A stretch of DNA of 64,000 bases from Haplodiscus bocki (GCA_965655095.1 OZ296656.1:34038001-34102000), one strand, 5' to 3'. Shown: positions 41,562 through 54,619, counted from the first letter of the stretch. The notes: generated by a model not told the origin, from the sequence alone. Numbers and translations are program-made.

Positions 41562-42344
41562 CTTCTGTATCAGACTCTGATATTTCAATAAACAACAACA
41601 ATCCACAAATGTAATGTACACCTACAAAAAACTCCACAGTAAGAGCATCCGATAAATAAAAATATTGGTTTCTAGTGACGTCATAGATGACAATGTAAGT
41701 GACTATTCCATTTATAAAAAGAACAACCACTGTCGTAACCGCGAAGATGATAACCCAGCTGAAGTTCATGAGGTACTTTGCAAAAATGGAGGACCCGACA
41801 GCAAACATGAGACCCCCCAAAACGCCAACCAGCACGTTGTTTGTCAAGTTATCTACATCGACCCAAAACCTCTGGATCATGGAATCAGCTGGGGACGAAA
41901 TAGATAAAAGAATGGCTGCCGAAATTTGGAACACGAGAATTTGTTGGACTGCCTTGGATTGAAGAAGAGTCCAGGTTTTGGAAGCAACGTGCTGGATAGA
42001 TTTTGGTTCCTTCACCATTTCTTCTGTGGTCATGAACAAAACTGTAGGCACTGCGAGACAACTAACAACCGCAGTTAAAAGAAATATAGCTGTGAGGTCT
42101 ATACCCTTGCACCAGGGGCCACTGTAGTCATACCAGTTCAGCCCGAACCCCTTAACCAATGATCCAACCACCATTCCAAGTTGGCGGAAAACGTAAATCA
42201 TGGTTTGAGCCCTTCCTCGGTTTTTCATTGACTCCCTGCGTGCATATTGGACCATCAAACCGTCCATGGCAACGTCAGTTAGCACCAGGAAAACGTTGAA
42301 GAGAAACAGAAGTGTCATATACTTGAAAGACTGGTTTTTGTAAT
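41562..42344 (-). CDS. BT1/folate-biopterin transporter-like MFS protein, internal exon
   Basis: Open multi-TM frame with LTDVAMDGLMVQYARRESMKNRGRAQTMIY and GFGLN motifs. Acceptor TTTACAG|AT, donor GAAG|GTCAGT (phase 1). N-terminal exons not securely located. Confidence 0.82.
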
Positions 42345-44571
42345 CTGTAAACATAATGTATTCATTTGGTTGAACTTTCAATCCGCAAGTAAGATTGAAA
42401 AATGTTTTCATTATACGTTCTGCTGATTTTTTTTTTCATTTTTGGTCGTTTTGACTCAGACAAAATAGAGACTACAGTTGTTTACTGGATGGATAACGAT
42501 TCTAGAAAAATCTGACTCAACTCACACTCTTGATTGTCAATTTTGAGGACACCTTCGACGTCACAGTTTCCTTTTCTGATGGCAACGGGATCATGTTCAA
42601 ACCTGTTGAAAAATTTCAGATTTGGAAGAAACATTCTTGGAGTCCAAAAAACATTGAGAAATCTAACTGGATTGTAGAGTCAGAATACGAAATTAATACC
42701 CTGGATGACACCTCATCTATCGCCACGCCATGGGTTGTTCCATTATTTTACCATATTTTGCAAATCGCCATAAATGAAGCATGGATGACGTTCCAGGAAT
42801 TAGCAAAACATGGATTTAATAAGAAAAGAAATCCAATATTCCCCACACCATGGATTCTCATCAATTATAATCATAAAAAAATATAAATTGATCTTTCAAC
42901 TAGATTTGAATAATCTAGAAAGCTGATTGGAAACTGAAATTTCTTCACCCAAGTAGCAAAACATTTTTACCTTGACATTTCTAAGTAATTCCAGTATGAA
43001 TTCGAACCAATTGAAAAGTTGTCCAAAAGTACGAACCGAAAGATTCAAACTTTAGTTGAAATTATCTGCCAAACTATGATTTTCAAGAAAGTCTACTGGA
43101 AAGTCCTACGTAACTCACGGGCATGACATCATAAATATGGTCTGGAAGTGATTTTGTAGTCTTTCCTCTGAAAAGAGGCCTGTGTTGTTCCGAGCCTTCG
43201 TTTTCACGTTTTTCGATGCTGTTGATGTCGCAGATAAATATTTGAATATCAGGGATCAATTATTTGATGTCAATGAGCATTTGTAGCACTAGAAAATCTT
43301 GTTGACTACTTTATCATAATTTTACCAGCGTTTCTACGTTGCAAAACATGAATTTTCATTGATGTTTCATTGAACGATTATTTTTTCGAAGAATATTTTT
43401 CAAACGTAAAGAAATTTTTAGCATTGACATCCACGATAAATTATTATTAATTCAAAAACTGTCCAGAACTCATGCGTGATTATCCATGTATGTACGGCTG
43501 TATCCACTAGAAATGCATGATCATGGATAATTCATGAAAGGACATGAGTGGTCAGCGGGGTAAGCATATAGCCTCTAACTGCTTAATCTATAGTTTTAAT
43601 CGCGCCAAGTAGAAGCAGAGATAACTTGCGAAAAGTCTTCATACAATGCTGGCCAAAAAGGGTGCGATGTAGTATTTTTAAGTAATTATGCAAAATCTTG
43701 AATACATTAGGAAATGCTACTTTCTCAGATTGGACGAAGATTCCGTGAGAAACTTCATTACAAAAGCTATCAAACTTAATTTCATCACTTGCTTTAATCA
43801 ACGCCTCAAACAATTAAGAAATTGCGTAAAAAATGTTTCTCTGAGCTACATGAGATTTTCTCTTCCCTTTCGCCAAGTCTTTGAGAGAATCTTTTCCGGA
43901 TTTGAATCAACCAAAAAGATGCAAAATCAAAAGCTTTGGCCATGTTGGTATTTAACTTCATGTGATCCAGGTATTTTCCAAGAATACTACTTTACTGTTA
44001 TGATCAAAATTTGAACTGAACTCGCAATCAATAAAAGAATCTTAACATTCGATTCGAGCAACGGTAAATGAAAACAAACGTTGTACAAAAAAGTTTCATG
44101 GCCGGAAATCATCAAGAATTGTTCTCGTTTACCAAAAAAGTTCAATATGTTGAAATTTTGTTTTTGAAGAAATCATTATTCTCCGAAAGGATCATAAAAC
44201 TAAATGACTATCGCGCATTTTTCTATTGCATTTCGCGTAACGCTAACCAATTAATTGTAGGAACTTAATTAACTAACGTTAACTTTTTAAAAAGACGATG
44301 ATGAGATGGGAATAATTTTAAAAAAAAAACAAAAAGCTGACAAAACAACTGAAGATTTGGATTGCACAAACTCAATTCACAAAAAAACTATTCCTACCGC
44401 AAGGTAATATTCCCCTGTTGTCTCCTATTGCTTATATGTTTTGCACGCGCTGTTTTTTCATAGGTTGCATGGTATGGCAACAATGGAGTCGTTCTGCGCA
44501 ACCAGCATGATCATAAATCCTTTTCTCGCTTCACGGACGGGACTCTTTGCTGAATTGCTCTCCTCATTGCT

Positions 44572-44740
44572 NNNNNNNNNNNNNNNNNNNNNNNNNNNNN
44601 NNNNNNNNNNNNNNNNNNNNNNNNNNNNNNNNNNNNNNNNNNNNNNNNNNNNNNNNNNNNNNNNNNNNNNNNNNNNNNNNNNNNNNNNNNNNNNNNNNNN
44701 NNNNNNNNNNNNNNNNNNNNNNNNNNNNNNNNNNNNNNNN
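44572..44740. other. Assembly gap
   Basis: Run of N. Confidence 0.99.
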
Positions 44741-44749
44741 TCTTAATTC

Positions 44750-44960
44750 GATTCTGCCTTCTCTTCGATTCTGTCTTCTCTGCTGACAAAGTTATTTTGA
44801 GTCCATTCCTCAATTTTTTCCTCTTCTCATGGACAAAATTGTTCTAAGTCGAGTTTTCAAATTGTTTTTCTCCTCTCCGGGACAGAGTTGTTCCAAGTCG
44901 AAGTCTCAATTATTTTCTTCTCTCGTGGACAACTTTATTGTAAGACCAATTCTCAATTCC
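44750..44960. repeat. Diverged tandem repeat of about 48 bp
   Basis: About four units resembling AATTTTTTCCTCTTCTCATGGACAAAATTGTTCTAAGTCGAGTTTTC. Confidence 0.55.
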
Positions 44961-47900
44961 TACTGTTCTTCAGTTGAACTAATTTACTCTTAGTCCAATG
45001 CTGAATCCTCTCCACATTTTCAGTAGAGAAGAATTCATTCTCTGTCTAATCCTCGCCTCCTCACATTTTGTCTAACAGTAAGTTCACCTGCAAAATTATT
45101 CAGAAGTAATCTAATTACAACCGCAAGTCAGAACTACCAGAGAAGTTTCTGGCGCGCAATATCACACCAATCATTCATCTCTTTCGACAGTTTACGTTGG
45201 TTGCGTTCTCCGTTAGTCCAGTATGAGTTCATTTCTCTGGTCAATTCTTAACATTTTTCATAATTCAGAAGTGAAGTACAGCTGGTTTTCCAAAAAATGT
45301 TCCAACAGAAAAACTGACACAAAACTTTTGATCTTCGGGTCTACTGATAAACCCGTTGTGGTATAGAAAGGTGTAAAAGTTCGTTGTACCTGTCCGACCA
45401 TAAAATTTTTCTCCATAATTTCTGTCAGACATCAGTATCGGGACAGAAAAGCAGACTTAATTCAGTTTACTGCGTTTTTTGCCACTACTTTCTGGGTACT
45501 ACTTTAGGCTTTAAAAGACTATAGTAGGTGTAACATTCGAGATCCAAATCACAGCTTAATCTTCATATCTTGATTGCTGATCGAACAAAATGTACACTAA
45601 GAGAAACTTAAGAGCCTTACACTGAGGGTATGTAACCTCTGGTCACTATCCCCACCGGATTTTGATTTTCTGACCACTGATCAACAAAAGTGAACCGAAA
45701 AGCTTTAGCTTGGTCGATTCTTTTTTCATGTCACCAGAGTTGTACGTAAAATCTAAAAGTTACATAGGACATAGCCTAAAAGTAAAATTAAAAGCCAAAG
45801 AAACAAGATAAAAGTTCAAGAAGAGCGGACACTAATATATTCGACCTAGCCTAAAGCTCCAAAGATTAACGTCTCGGAACTTCCTTCAAAATTCCATGAT
45901 CTTTAGAAGTTTCTGAGAAATTTCACGTTTTCTCAATTTGTTCAATTTAGTGGATATTTTTGATGTAATGGCTTTCTGCGATTTGATTGATTACCATAAT
46001 GATAATTGTTTCTCTAAATTCGTTGTTCTTCATTTTTTGACAAGGTCAGAAGAAAACGCAATTCGGACTCAAAAAATAAAACTCAGTTTTTGAAGAAACA
46101 TGATTGGATTTTTCTTCTGTAACTTTTGCTGTGTTGAAGAAAATCATTTAAAGTTATGAATCTAATCACTCTTACCTAACATTCCACGCAACACGAAAAT
46201 CTTTGTAAACAGTGCTACTTTTTTGGTAATCCCAGTTTTTTGGCTGCTCAGAGAATATTGACTAACTCATCAGAACGAAAAACAGTTGAGTATTTTTGAG
46301 CCTCGTTAAAATAAATTCGAGTCAGGAACAAACTTTAACTTTTCGTAGAGAGTGATTTGTTTCTGGGGATACTTTTTTTCACCGAAAAGTTGACTATTTT
46401 TTGTAACGGTCGGACACTTGAGTTCAGTTTTTTCTCTCGAATTTTCCATGTATTGATAAAATCTTGCTCGAAATTTTTTTCAAAAAATCTATTTCCACAA
46501 AACAATTGAAAGTTTGCTGAGATTTTTGTTTTTGGAGGTTTTAAATTGTCTTTGAAATGAAATTTTTTTAGCAGATCACAACACTTGATTGCATGTAATG
46601 ATGATCAACTTGCATAGATCTTTTTCCAAGCTTCATGGAAAATGTTCAATCAGAAGAGCAAAACAAATTTTAAAAAAACTGCAAACGATGACAGAAGTTT
46701 GCAGTAGTTTGGTAAGTGGTCTTGAAAATGGAAAAATCTATTGCAAGTTGAATTTAATGTATCTTAGACCACATTAAACCTCCGTGCTGCTGTCATGCAA
46801 AAACGAATGTTAAATTTTACTTTTTAACTTTTTCTGAAATCACTGAGACTCCACCATGGTACTCGAAATTCGTCCAATGAAGCTCCGATGCAAAGTACAG
46901 ATCCCAGTTTTTTGTCTTAAACCACACAAAAATTAAGCTAAAGAAGTGAAACCTTGGTTGTAGAAATCCAGCAGATCATGGTTTGAATTTTTTGTTGACA
47001 TACAGTCAGCAACTCCTGTTTTTTGTTTTTCTTGCCAATTTCAGCCTGCTGGACTCTTAAAACAGGGAACACATTATGCTTATGGACTGACCCATTAATT
47101 CGGAACACTTTCGAAAAAGATCATGTTGAAAGTCGAGCCATTTCTTTAAGTGAGAAAAATTAGCGAAACTTTCGGCAATTTAATCACTTCGCACGTTCAA
47201 ACCAAGAAACGTTTTCTTTGTTTTTTCTTCACAAAAAGGATTCTCCAGTTATGAGACTGTGGTTTCAAGCCTTGATATAAGACATCGGGGCAGTGTTGTA
47301 CGAGAGATTTTTTTCAAAAAAAACAAGAAGAATCTTGTGTTAATGCAATTTCTAGTTTGGTTATCACGTACCTCCTGCAGGGATTGAACAGCATTTCTCG
47401 AGTATTTGCAAACTGTTTTCATTTTATAAATACTCAATTGACACCTTGATTTAACCAATGCAGCTAAATTTTGAGAAAAAATAGGTTTGACTTTTGGCAA
47501 AAATCAAATCGCCTGATACTTTGGGACAAATTTTCGATCATCAATGTTTCGATGTGAGTTTTTGACACAAAATTTGAATAACAATTTAACTTCTATAAGT
47601 GGGAGACTGTCCTCTAGGACATTGACGGAAGAAATTGGAGTGGTAGTTTTGGAGAAACCTGAGTCTCACTTACAAAACTAGGCTCACCTATTTGCATAGT
47701 CCTGTTTTTGGACCTATCATATTTCCGTTACTCGGGATAAAACTAATGATATCATTTCGAATGAACCTCTACGTCTAGAGAAATGTCTTTTCAGAGGTTC
47801 GTAGTTGAAATCCACCTGAAAGTTTCAGAAAGAAATGATTTTCAAATCGAACTTTTTTTTGCTACTTTGGGACTCCAGAGATTACGCAAGTAATTGTTCC

Positions 47901-50900
47901 AGGCAAGATAATTTCAAATTCTTTTTCGTAGTATTTGAAGCGCAGCAAATTTTTATAGAGTTATAAAAGAGTTTCTCAGTACAAACAAGTCGACGCTGTT
48001 CAAGGTTTTTGATCAAAATCAGTTTTCTAAGAAGTTGTAAAAATAGGAGTTGCGGAAAAATATCAGACGTTCCATAATTGCTTCAATTTTTCCTCAAAAA
48101 GTAGCAGCGGTTAATTTGTTTCATTTGGGTAGAGAGGGTGGTGGTTTTTGGAAACAAAAATGTTTTTGACGCAGCGGAGAACAATTCCTTGCGATTGGGA
48201 TGAATTTCATCCAGCAACGATGAACGTTTCATGAATGAAAAATTGTCCGTTACAAGCAATCGATGTCCCGCCCAGTCAGTTTTTTAAACCCGCGGTGGAA
48301 AAAAATTGACTGCTGAATAGTAATTTCCCAGAAAAAAATACAAGCAAAGTCTGGAACTCGCACGTGTCTCTTTTTTTTTCCTAACCAGTGTGTTGTGTCA
48401 GTGATTAGCAACTGTGAACAAATTACTAAAAACAAAGAACAGCTGAAAATTGAACTCGCATTTTGCACCCGAGAATTCTTTTGTCTTATCCACACTACTC
48501 ATTGTTGAAGTTTTGGCAAAACTGACTCAAGGGAAAGTATATGGACAATCCTGATTAAAGCGCCTCTCCTTTTTGTCGAGAGTTTTGGGGTGAGAAAGAT
48601 AGACCACCGAGCAATCCCAGTTTGTTTTCTTCTTTCTATTTCAGGAAACAAACAATGAACAAAACATTGGCTGAATAAGAAGATTTCAGAAAAAAATTCA
48701 TGCTTTGAACACAAAACTCTCGATTTTTTTTCTACTTTTTCAAACAAGTTCAAGGTTTTTGCTGAAAAAGTTCTTCTGAGACAACTGTTCTATATCGTGC
48801 ACTATTTACAAAGAATTTGGAACTAACTGATAAAATAACAATTTTGACCAGGCTAATTTTCCTTGTCGTGCAAAACTAATGCAAAAACAAGGCCGCCGAT
48901 TGCAGTAGAAAAATTGAAAACTCACCACCATACTTAGGTCACAACATTGCTATGTCTTTCGATTTTTTCTGACATTTTCTTTCAAAACGTCGCATTAAAC
49001 TCCTTGGTTCGAACTTGATTTCTATGAATGGTACGAGACAATGTGAAAAAAAATGGAAAGACACAAGCGAAATGCTTTTTCTTTTTACAATCCGACTTGT
49101 CAGTGGAAATCAAAACAGGAATGGCACATCAAAAATCCTGACAAACACTTGAAAACAGGTTCACAAACGCACCTAACGCTCTTATAAAAACTGCGCTGGT
49201 TTTCAGTTGGAAGTTTGCATGAAAATTCTCTTGTGAGACAGGCACTTGCCACAGTGTTAGCAAAAAGAAGAGAAAAAATATTTTTTTTTCTTCAGTTTCT
49301 TAGTTTTGGTGAGAACGGTGCGTTACTGATACTGCGTTTGGTGTTGTCAACACAGCAGTGGCGGTACGACGGTAATTTTGTATAATGAGCAGGAGAATAT
49401 CAGGAACCTTTCTTTCTTATCTCGTTAATCTAGGGCCCTTGGTAAGTCGCGCGGACAAATTGTGCATGAATTCAACTAGCAAAAACTTGCATCAGATAAA
49501 AAGGGACAAAAAAGAGAATGAACACTCACATATTTGGTCTACAAAAGAAATGAAAATTTTTGAAGTTAAATGAATTGCAACAACAAAAAACAAAGATTTG
49601 ATTCAGGGCGAATATAAACGGATAAATGAAACCTTTTCGGGCATTTTGGGAAAAGGATCCAGCTCCTTCAAAAGAATTTTCAGGTCTTTGGATTCCAAAA
49701 ATAAAAGTGAATTCATTGGGAAATTTTTGCTTCTATTCAAATCTAATTTGCGCCTTTTTTCAACTTTGTCATTCACTAAAAACAAAATCACCTTGACCGA
49801 AAACAAAATCTTCAAAAAACTTAGTAAATTCATCAAAATGTAATGGAAATTTTTGCCCAAAAATTGTGGAACGGAGTTTCAATAGTCTTTTCAAAAAAAC
49901 CTGAAGAAACTTCAGAAGTTAGACAAACTTTGAAGAATATGTTTTTGGAACTTTCGGGTAGGGTCAATACAATCAATAATCGTTACTTCTAGCGAAGTTT
50001 GGTTTTTGTTTTGTTCTTAAACTTTTTGAAACTATATATTATAAAAATTTTAGCTTTTTGTCAACAAATCCGGAAAAAAGCAGAAAACAGCCCACGGAGT
50101 TGAACCTTAGGAGTCACTGCTTGATCCAAGATCAGAATTTGAAGATCAGAAGGGGCTCTTGACGTGACATTAACACTTTCTTCTATCAGTATAATTCTGG
50201 TAACATGCAATTTGTAGTTAACCGAGTTAAGTCTTTTTGGGTCCTTTTCCATCAGTCCAAGATCAAATTTACAACTTCGAGTGGGGCTGTCTGAGAAGAT
50301 TTTTTAATGTATTTTAGCTTTTCAGTGATTTCACTTTTATCAAAAATCCATTAGCATACGAGACGCAGTCAACTGGGTGAAGTCTTTTTTCGTGTCCCTT
50401 TCAACAATGGAGACTAATGCATAGCTGATCTTCTGGTGAGGATTTTTTTAGTCAAGCAAAAATTACTTGAACTCGGGATAAATCACGAGGAAGTACCAGT
50501 AGATTTGAATATAAACTTATATTCAGGCAGAGTAACTACCGCTGCTTGTGATATCACAAGGGAATACATATGGACTGTAAAATTTCAATGTTTTTCTAGC
50601 TTTTCACGGCAGTTTTTTGATTAGAAGACGCCTGATATTCCATGTCTCGATTCATGAAAAAATTTAGAGGGATGACATGAGAGATAAAGTTGTTCTTACA
50701 ACTAACGATTTCAATTTAAAATTATCAGGCCAAACTTGTCCGGGAATAATCTGATGAGTTTAGAAGAATTTGAGATTAGGACAATTCGTAGATTTTCTTT
50801 AGAATGACTATGAGGAAGTGGCAAAAATGCAACTAAAACACTTTGGGAATTTGTCTTAGATTCTTTCCGAGGAATTTAGAGAAAATTGAGACTACAGCAT

Positions 50901-52017
50901 TTTTAGAAATTTTTTGGAAGAAGTTTGAGGAAATTAGAAGTGGACATGGGAATAGTTTTATTCAAATGGAGATTAACGAGGAAAGAAGCGAAGAAGAGTG
51001 CAAGTCAGTAGAGGAGTCTCGAATTGCAGGAAGGGGATTTATGATCAAGCTCGTTGCCCAAATGAACTCCAAATTGACAACCTGATGCCATATGTTGCAA
51101 CTATTGGGAAAACAGCGGGTGTAAAGCATGTCGGCGGCATGGGTGAATCGTAGAGGGATGCGTTGTTTTTGTAGTTAGATTTCCTATTTTTCCGTTTTTT
51201 GCAGCTCCACTTTCGGAATCTTTCGTCAACTTTCATGTTCTTTATCTTCAACTTCGAAGTCTAAAGGGTAATGTTAAATAATTTGATACGGCAATTAACG
51301 TGAGATCAAACTGTTCGACATCGGATTTTAATAAAACAGCATAAAAAGTGATTACTAACAGTTTTTCATACACAAGATTTTGAAGACTTTTGTATGCAAA
51401 AATAACTATATAGGTGCGAATTATACCAGTCAAATCTCATCGACCTCATTTCGCTTCGCTTCACTCGATCGCCTCGACTTGACTGATATAATCCACCACC
51501 TATCCACTCGCTCGTCGCTTTGCTCCTCACCGGCATCGTTTCACTCGCCTCTCGCTATAATTATTGCTCGACTGCGTCTCGCCTTTTTTCTCGCTTCGCT
51601 CGAAGATAACATATCAATATTGAGATTGAGTTCTCGTAAGAAAACGTATAAAAATAATTCCACATTCACGTAAACATAAAATTGTGAAGTAATGCTGAAA
51701 TGAACTAGCACGTGTATTTTTATGTTAGTATTTCTTTTTCTTTCTCGCCTCCTATAGCAGATTGGTATTTGTAGAATGACATCGATGAAGTTAAGGCATT
51801 GCCGCAGTGTTTGGGGTTCGCTGCTTTATACGTATCCCCAGTCGTTTGTCGTACATTACCATGAAGCTATAGGAGGAACTGTCCATGTCTTGACGCTTGA
51901 AAGAGTAGAATAGATCGACGGGAAATATCACCAGGAATGCTCACTCGAAGACAGCTGAAAAGCTAGACATGAAAGTTGGCCAGTGATATTTTTGTCTTAA
52001 ACGTAAAACAAGATTTC

Positions 52018-52632
52018 TGAGAAATACAAAAACTCTGTCGATATAGCTTAAACATGTAGTGATTGTAAAATTTTAAGCTACAAATATAAATGATATATCA
52101 TTGGAAAGCCCGTAAAAAGTTAAGTATACCCTGAAAATTTCAACATTGTATCTATTATAATCTTTGAGAAAATTGGCAAAAACAGTATATGTCGACATCC
52201 TTAAACATGTACAGATTACAAAATTTTAGGCTACATATATAAATGATATACCATTCGATAGGTCGTTAAAAGTTTAGTATATGCTGAAAATTTCAACTTT
52301 GTATCTATTATAATCTTTGAGAAACTTGACAAAATCAGTATATGACGTCATACCTTAAACATGTACAGATTATAAAATTTTAAGCTACATATACAAATGA
52401 TATACCATTCAATAGCTTGTTAAAAAGTAAGTATACCCTGAAATTTTCAACTTTGTATCTATTAACATCTTCGAGAAAATTGACAAAAACCGAAAATGTC
52501 GACATCCTTAAACATGTAGAGATTATAAAATTTTAAGTTACAAATACAAGTAAGACATCGTTGGATAGCTCGTTAAAAACTAAGTTTACGCTGAAAATTT
52601 CAGTTTTGTATCTATTACCATTTTCGAGAAAT
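52018..52632. repeat. Subterminal tandem repeat, 4 x about 153 bp
   Basis: CTTAAACATGTA recurs at 52047, 52200, 52354 and 52507, with collinear units. Confidence 0.92.
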
Positions 52633-53036
52633 TAAAATTATACTTATTAATACAAGTATACAAAGTATTATTCATACAAATATAGAAATAATTATACTAT
52701 TATTTGTATAAGAATTCATGGGAGTATACCTGGATTGTTATATAAAAACCATTGACGACATGCAAAATGAAATGGATTTCTACAGTTATTACAACGAGTT
52801 TGTATATAATCAGGATTAAGTAAAATAATGAATTACTCATACATTTATAAAACAGTGTTTAACAGATTTGTACAATTATGCGTGTAATTATACTTGATTA
52901 TATGTACACTTATATGAGTAATTTAGTTTATTGATACTTGAGTATACATACAATTATATGAGTACTTATACTTTGGTATACATACACGTATACGAGTGGA
53001 TATTTTATGTATATGTGTAAGAGTAAAAGATTTATT

Positions 53037-53195
53037 CTAAATATTCGGAACAATAAGATTATAATCATTATTTTTTAGTATTAGAAGATTAAAACCCAGA
53101 TTACTATAATTTGGAATAATAAGATTGTGATCACATCTTTTTTGAATTATAAGATTAATTTTTCGTTTTTTAATTTTATTTTTAGTTATAGCCAT
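53037..53195 (-). CDS. Small basic ORF (52 aa) with NLII-like repeats
   Basis: MAITKNKIKKRKINLIIQKRCDHNLIIPNYSNLGFNLLILKNNDYNLIVPNI, with a TAAATG start. Too short for the ORF track. Confidence 0.5.
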   Translation of the reverse strand: MAITKNKIKKRKINLIIQKRCDHNLIIPNYSNLGFNLLILKNNDYNLIVPNI

Positions 53196-53321
53196 TTAAT
53201 ATGTTGAAAATTATTCGTATTCGACGTGTAAGTATTTATACTTTGGTATACATACACGTATACGAGTGGATATTTTATGTATACTAAATATAATTACACG
53301 TATAAGAGTATGTTGTTGTCA

Positions 53322-53927
53322 TCATCTAGTTATACAAAAATGTACAATATTGTCATCATAAGAAACTGTTCTGTATTTACGGTAGAGATATTTATATTTA
53401 GAGTATTTTTCATCCTCGGTTAATTTTGACATATGTTTAAGTAATTGTGATTCTAGAACGCGACGAGGTTGGAAAAGTTTATGTGTTGGATGCATTAAGT
53501 AATAATATGAATAAAACGTAATTGACACATCTTTCATAACCGTGTCTAGATAGAAAACCTTTCCACTTTTCAAAGCATAACAACGTATGCGGTCTTGTAT
53601 TTTTTGACATACAGGATTTAAATAATGAAAAACATCATCACCATAGCAATAGCTGCTTAATCTTTTCTTCGTATTATCAAACCAAATAACCAAGTCCTTA
53701 TCAAATAAATTAAACGATACCTTTGTTTTAAAAATAAGAAATTTTAGTCTATTATTATTTACATATTTACGAATAGTGTTATAAAAATCTTTCCAATAAA
53801 TATCTCCAACATCATGCGATTGTCTTACATATGATTTCATTTGAGAGTGATTTTGAGATAGTAAATGACGTGTTTTTGATTTTTTGTTAATGGTTATATC
53901 ACAATCGTCACAATATTATTTATTCAT
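53322..53927 (-). pseudogene. Zinc-finger (CxxC...H...H) accessory protein with a stop at codon 4
   Basis: TAAATG start at 53927 is in frame with the 172-aa ORF: MNK*YCDDCDITINKKSKTRHLLSQNHSQMKSY. Confidence 0.7.
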
Positions 53928-53931
53928 TTAT

Positions 53932-54438
53932 TTATTTATGAATAAGTTTAAAGTCTTGTAACTTCTTACCGTTTATTTTATTATTTCTATATAAAAACTC
54001 ATATTCGTTTTTGAATGTAGATTTTTTATATTGAATAATAGGTTCGTATTTTATATCTAACATATAATAAATATTTGTTCGATCATATGCATAAGGAAAT
54101 TTAATATCATTAAAACCATACCGAAATCCATATTTTACAATGTTGCTATTTGTTGTAAATGTGAAAACAGATTCCCCGACATGAAGGTATTTTTTATCAC
54201 CTATTTTGAACAGAAAGTTTTCATGTATAGGTTTTGTGACATAGTAACGTTCGAGGTGTTTATTTGGTCTAAATAATCGTTTATATTGAAAATCAATAAT
54301 TAATTTAATTACATCATGCTCATCTACTCTGTTGGGAAATGTATAAATCTGAGCTTCTTTTCTGTCTACAAATATTAAAACGATATAATCAATAAATCTG
54401 TTTTGAGATAACAAATATGTTTCTGGGTTATTATTCAT
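53932..54438 (-). CDS. Hypothetical viral protein (168 aa)
   Basis: Intact ORF with a TAAAATG start. YLHVGESVFTF...GFNDIKFPYAYD...NIYYML resembles a giant-virus hypothetical family (from recollection). Confidence 0.7.
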   Translation of the reverse strand: MNNNPETYLLSQNRFIDYIVLIFVDRKEAQIYTFPNRVDEHDVIKLIIDFQYKRLFRPNKHLERYYVTKPIHENFLFKIGDKKYLHVGESVFTFTTNSNIVKYGFRYGFNDIKFPYAYDRTNIYYMLDIKYEPIIQYKKSTFKNEYEFLYRNNKINGKKLQDFKLIHK

Positions 54439-54463
54439 TTTATATATTTATTATACATATAAA

Positions 54464-54619
54464 ATGAACATTAAAACAAAATTACTTGAAGAATATGTCA
54501 ACTTTGTTGATAACACAAATAAACAAAATAAAAATTTATGGATATGTACATTTATACTTGTTTCTATAGTGATTATACCTACAATTATAACATTTAGATA
54601 TATTCAACTATACTTGTAA
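54464..54619 (+). CDS. Small membrane protein (51 aa, C-terminal TM)
   Basis: MNIKTKLLEEYVNFVDNTNKQNKNLWICTFILVSIVIIPTIITFRYIQLYL. TAAAATG start mirrors the divergent gene. Confidence 0.55.
   Translation: MNIKTKLLEEYVNFVDNTNKQNKNLWICTFILVSIVIIPTIITFRYIQLYL

Noticed and set aside
42345-42411. Start of the 285-aa ORF at 42411
   Set aside because: The protein would lack the N-terminal MFS helices. A good acceptor (TTTACAG) at 42345 suggests this stretch is intronic.
17604-44813. ORFs spanning the two N-gaps and microsatellites
   Set aside because: Artefacts of N runs and simple repeats.
45000-51000. Numerous 60-85 aa ORFs
   Set aside because: No motifs or consistent splice structure. Expected by chance in AT-rich decayed repeat DNA.
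51045-51251. Possible first exon of the transporter (PPTCFTPAVFPIVATYGI, AG|GT)
   Set aside because: Plausible, but I could not link it in frame to further exons, so it is left uncalled.
52018-52632. Repeat-spacer array
   Set aside because: Whole 153-bp units align end to end, so it is a tandem repeat without unique spacers.
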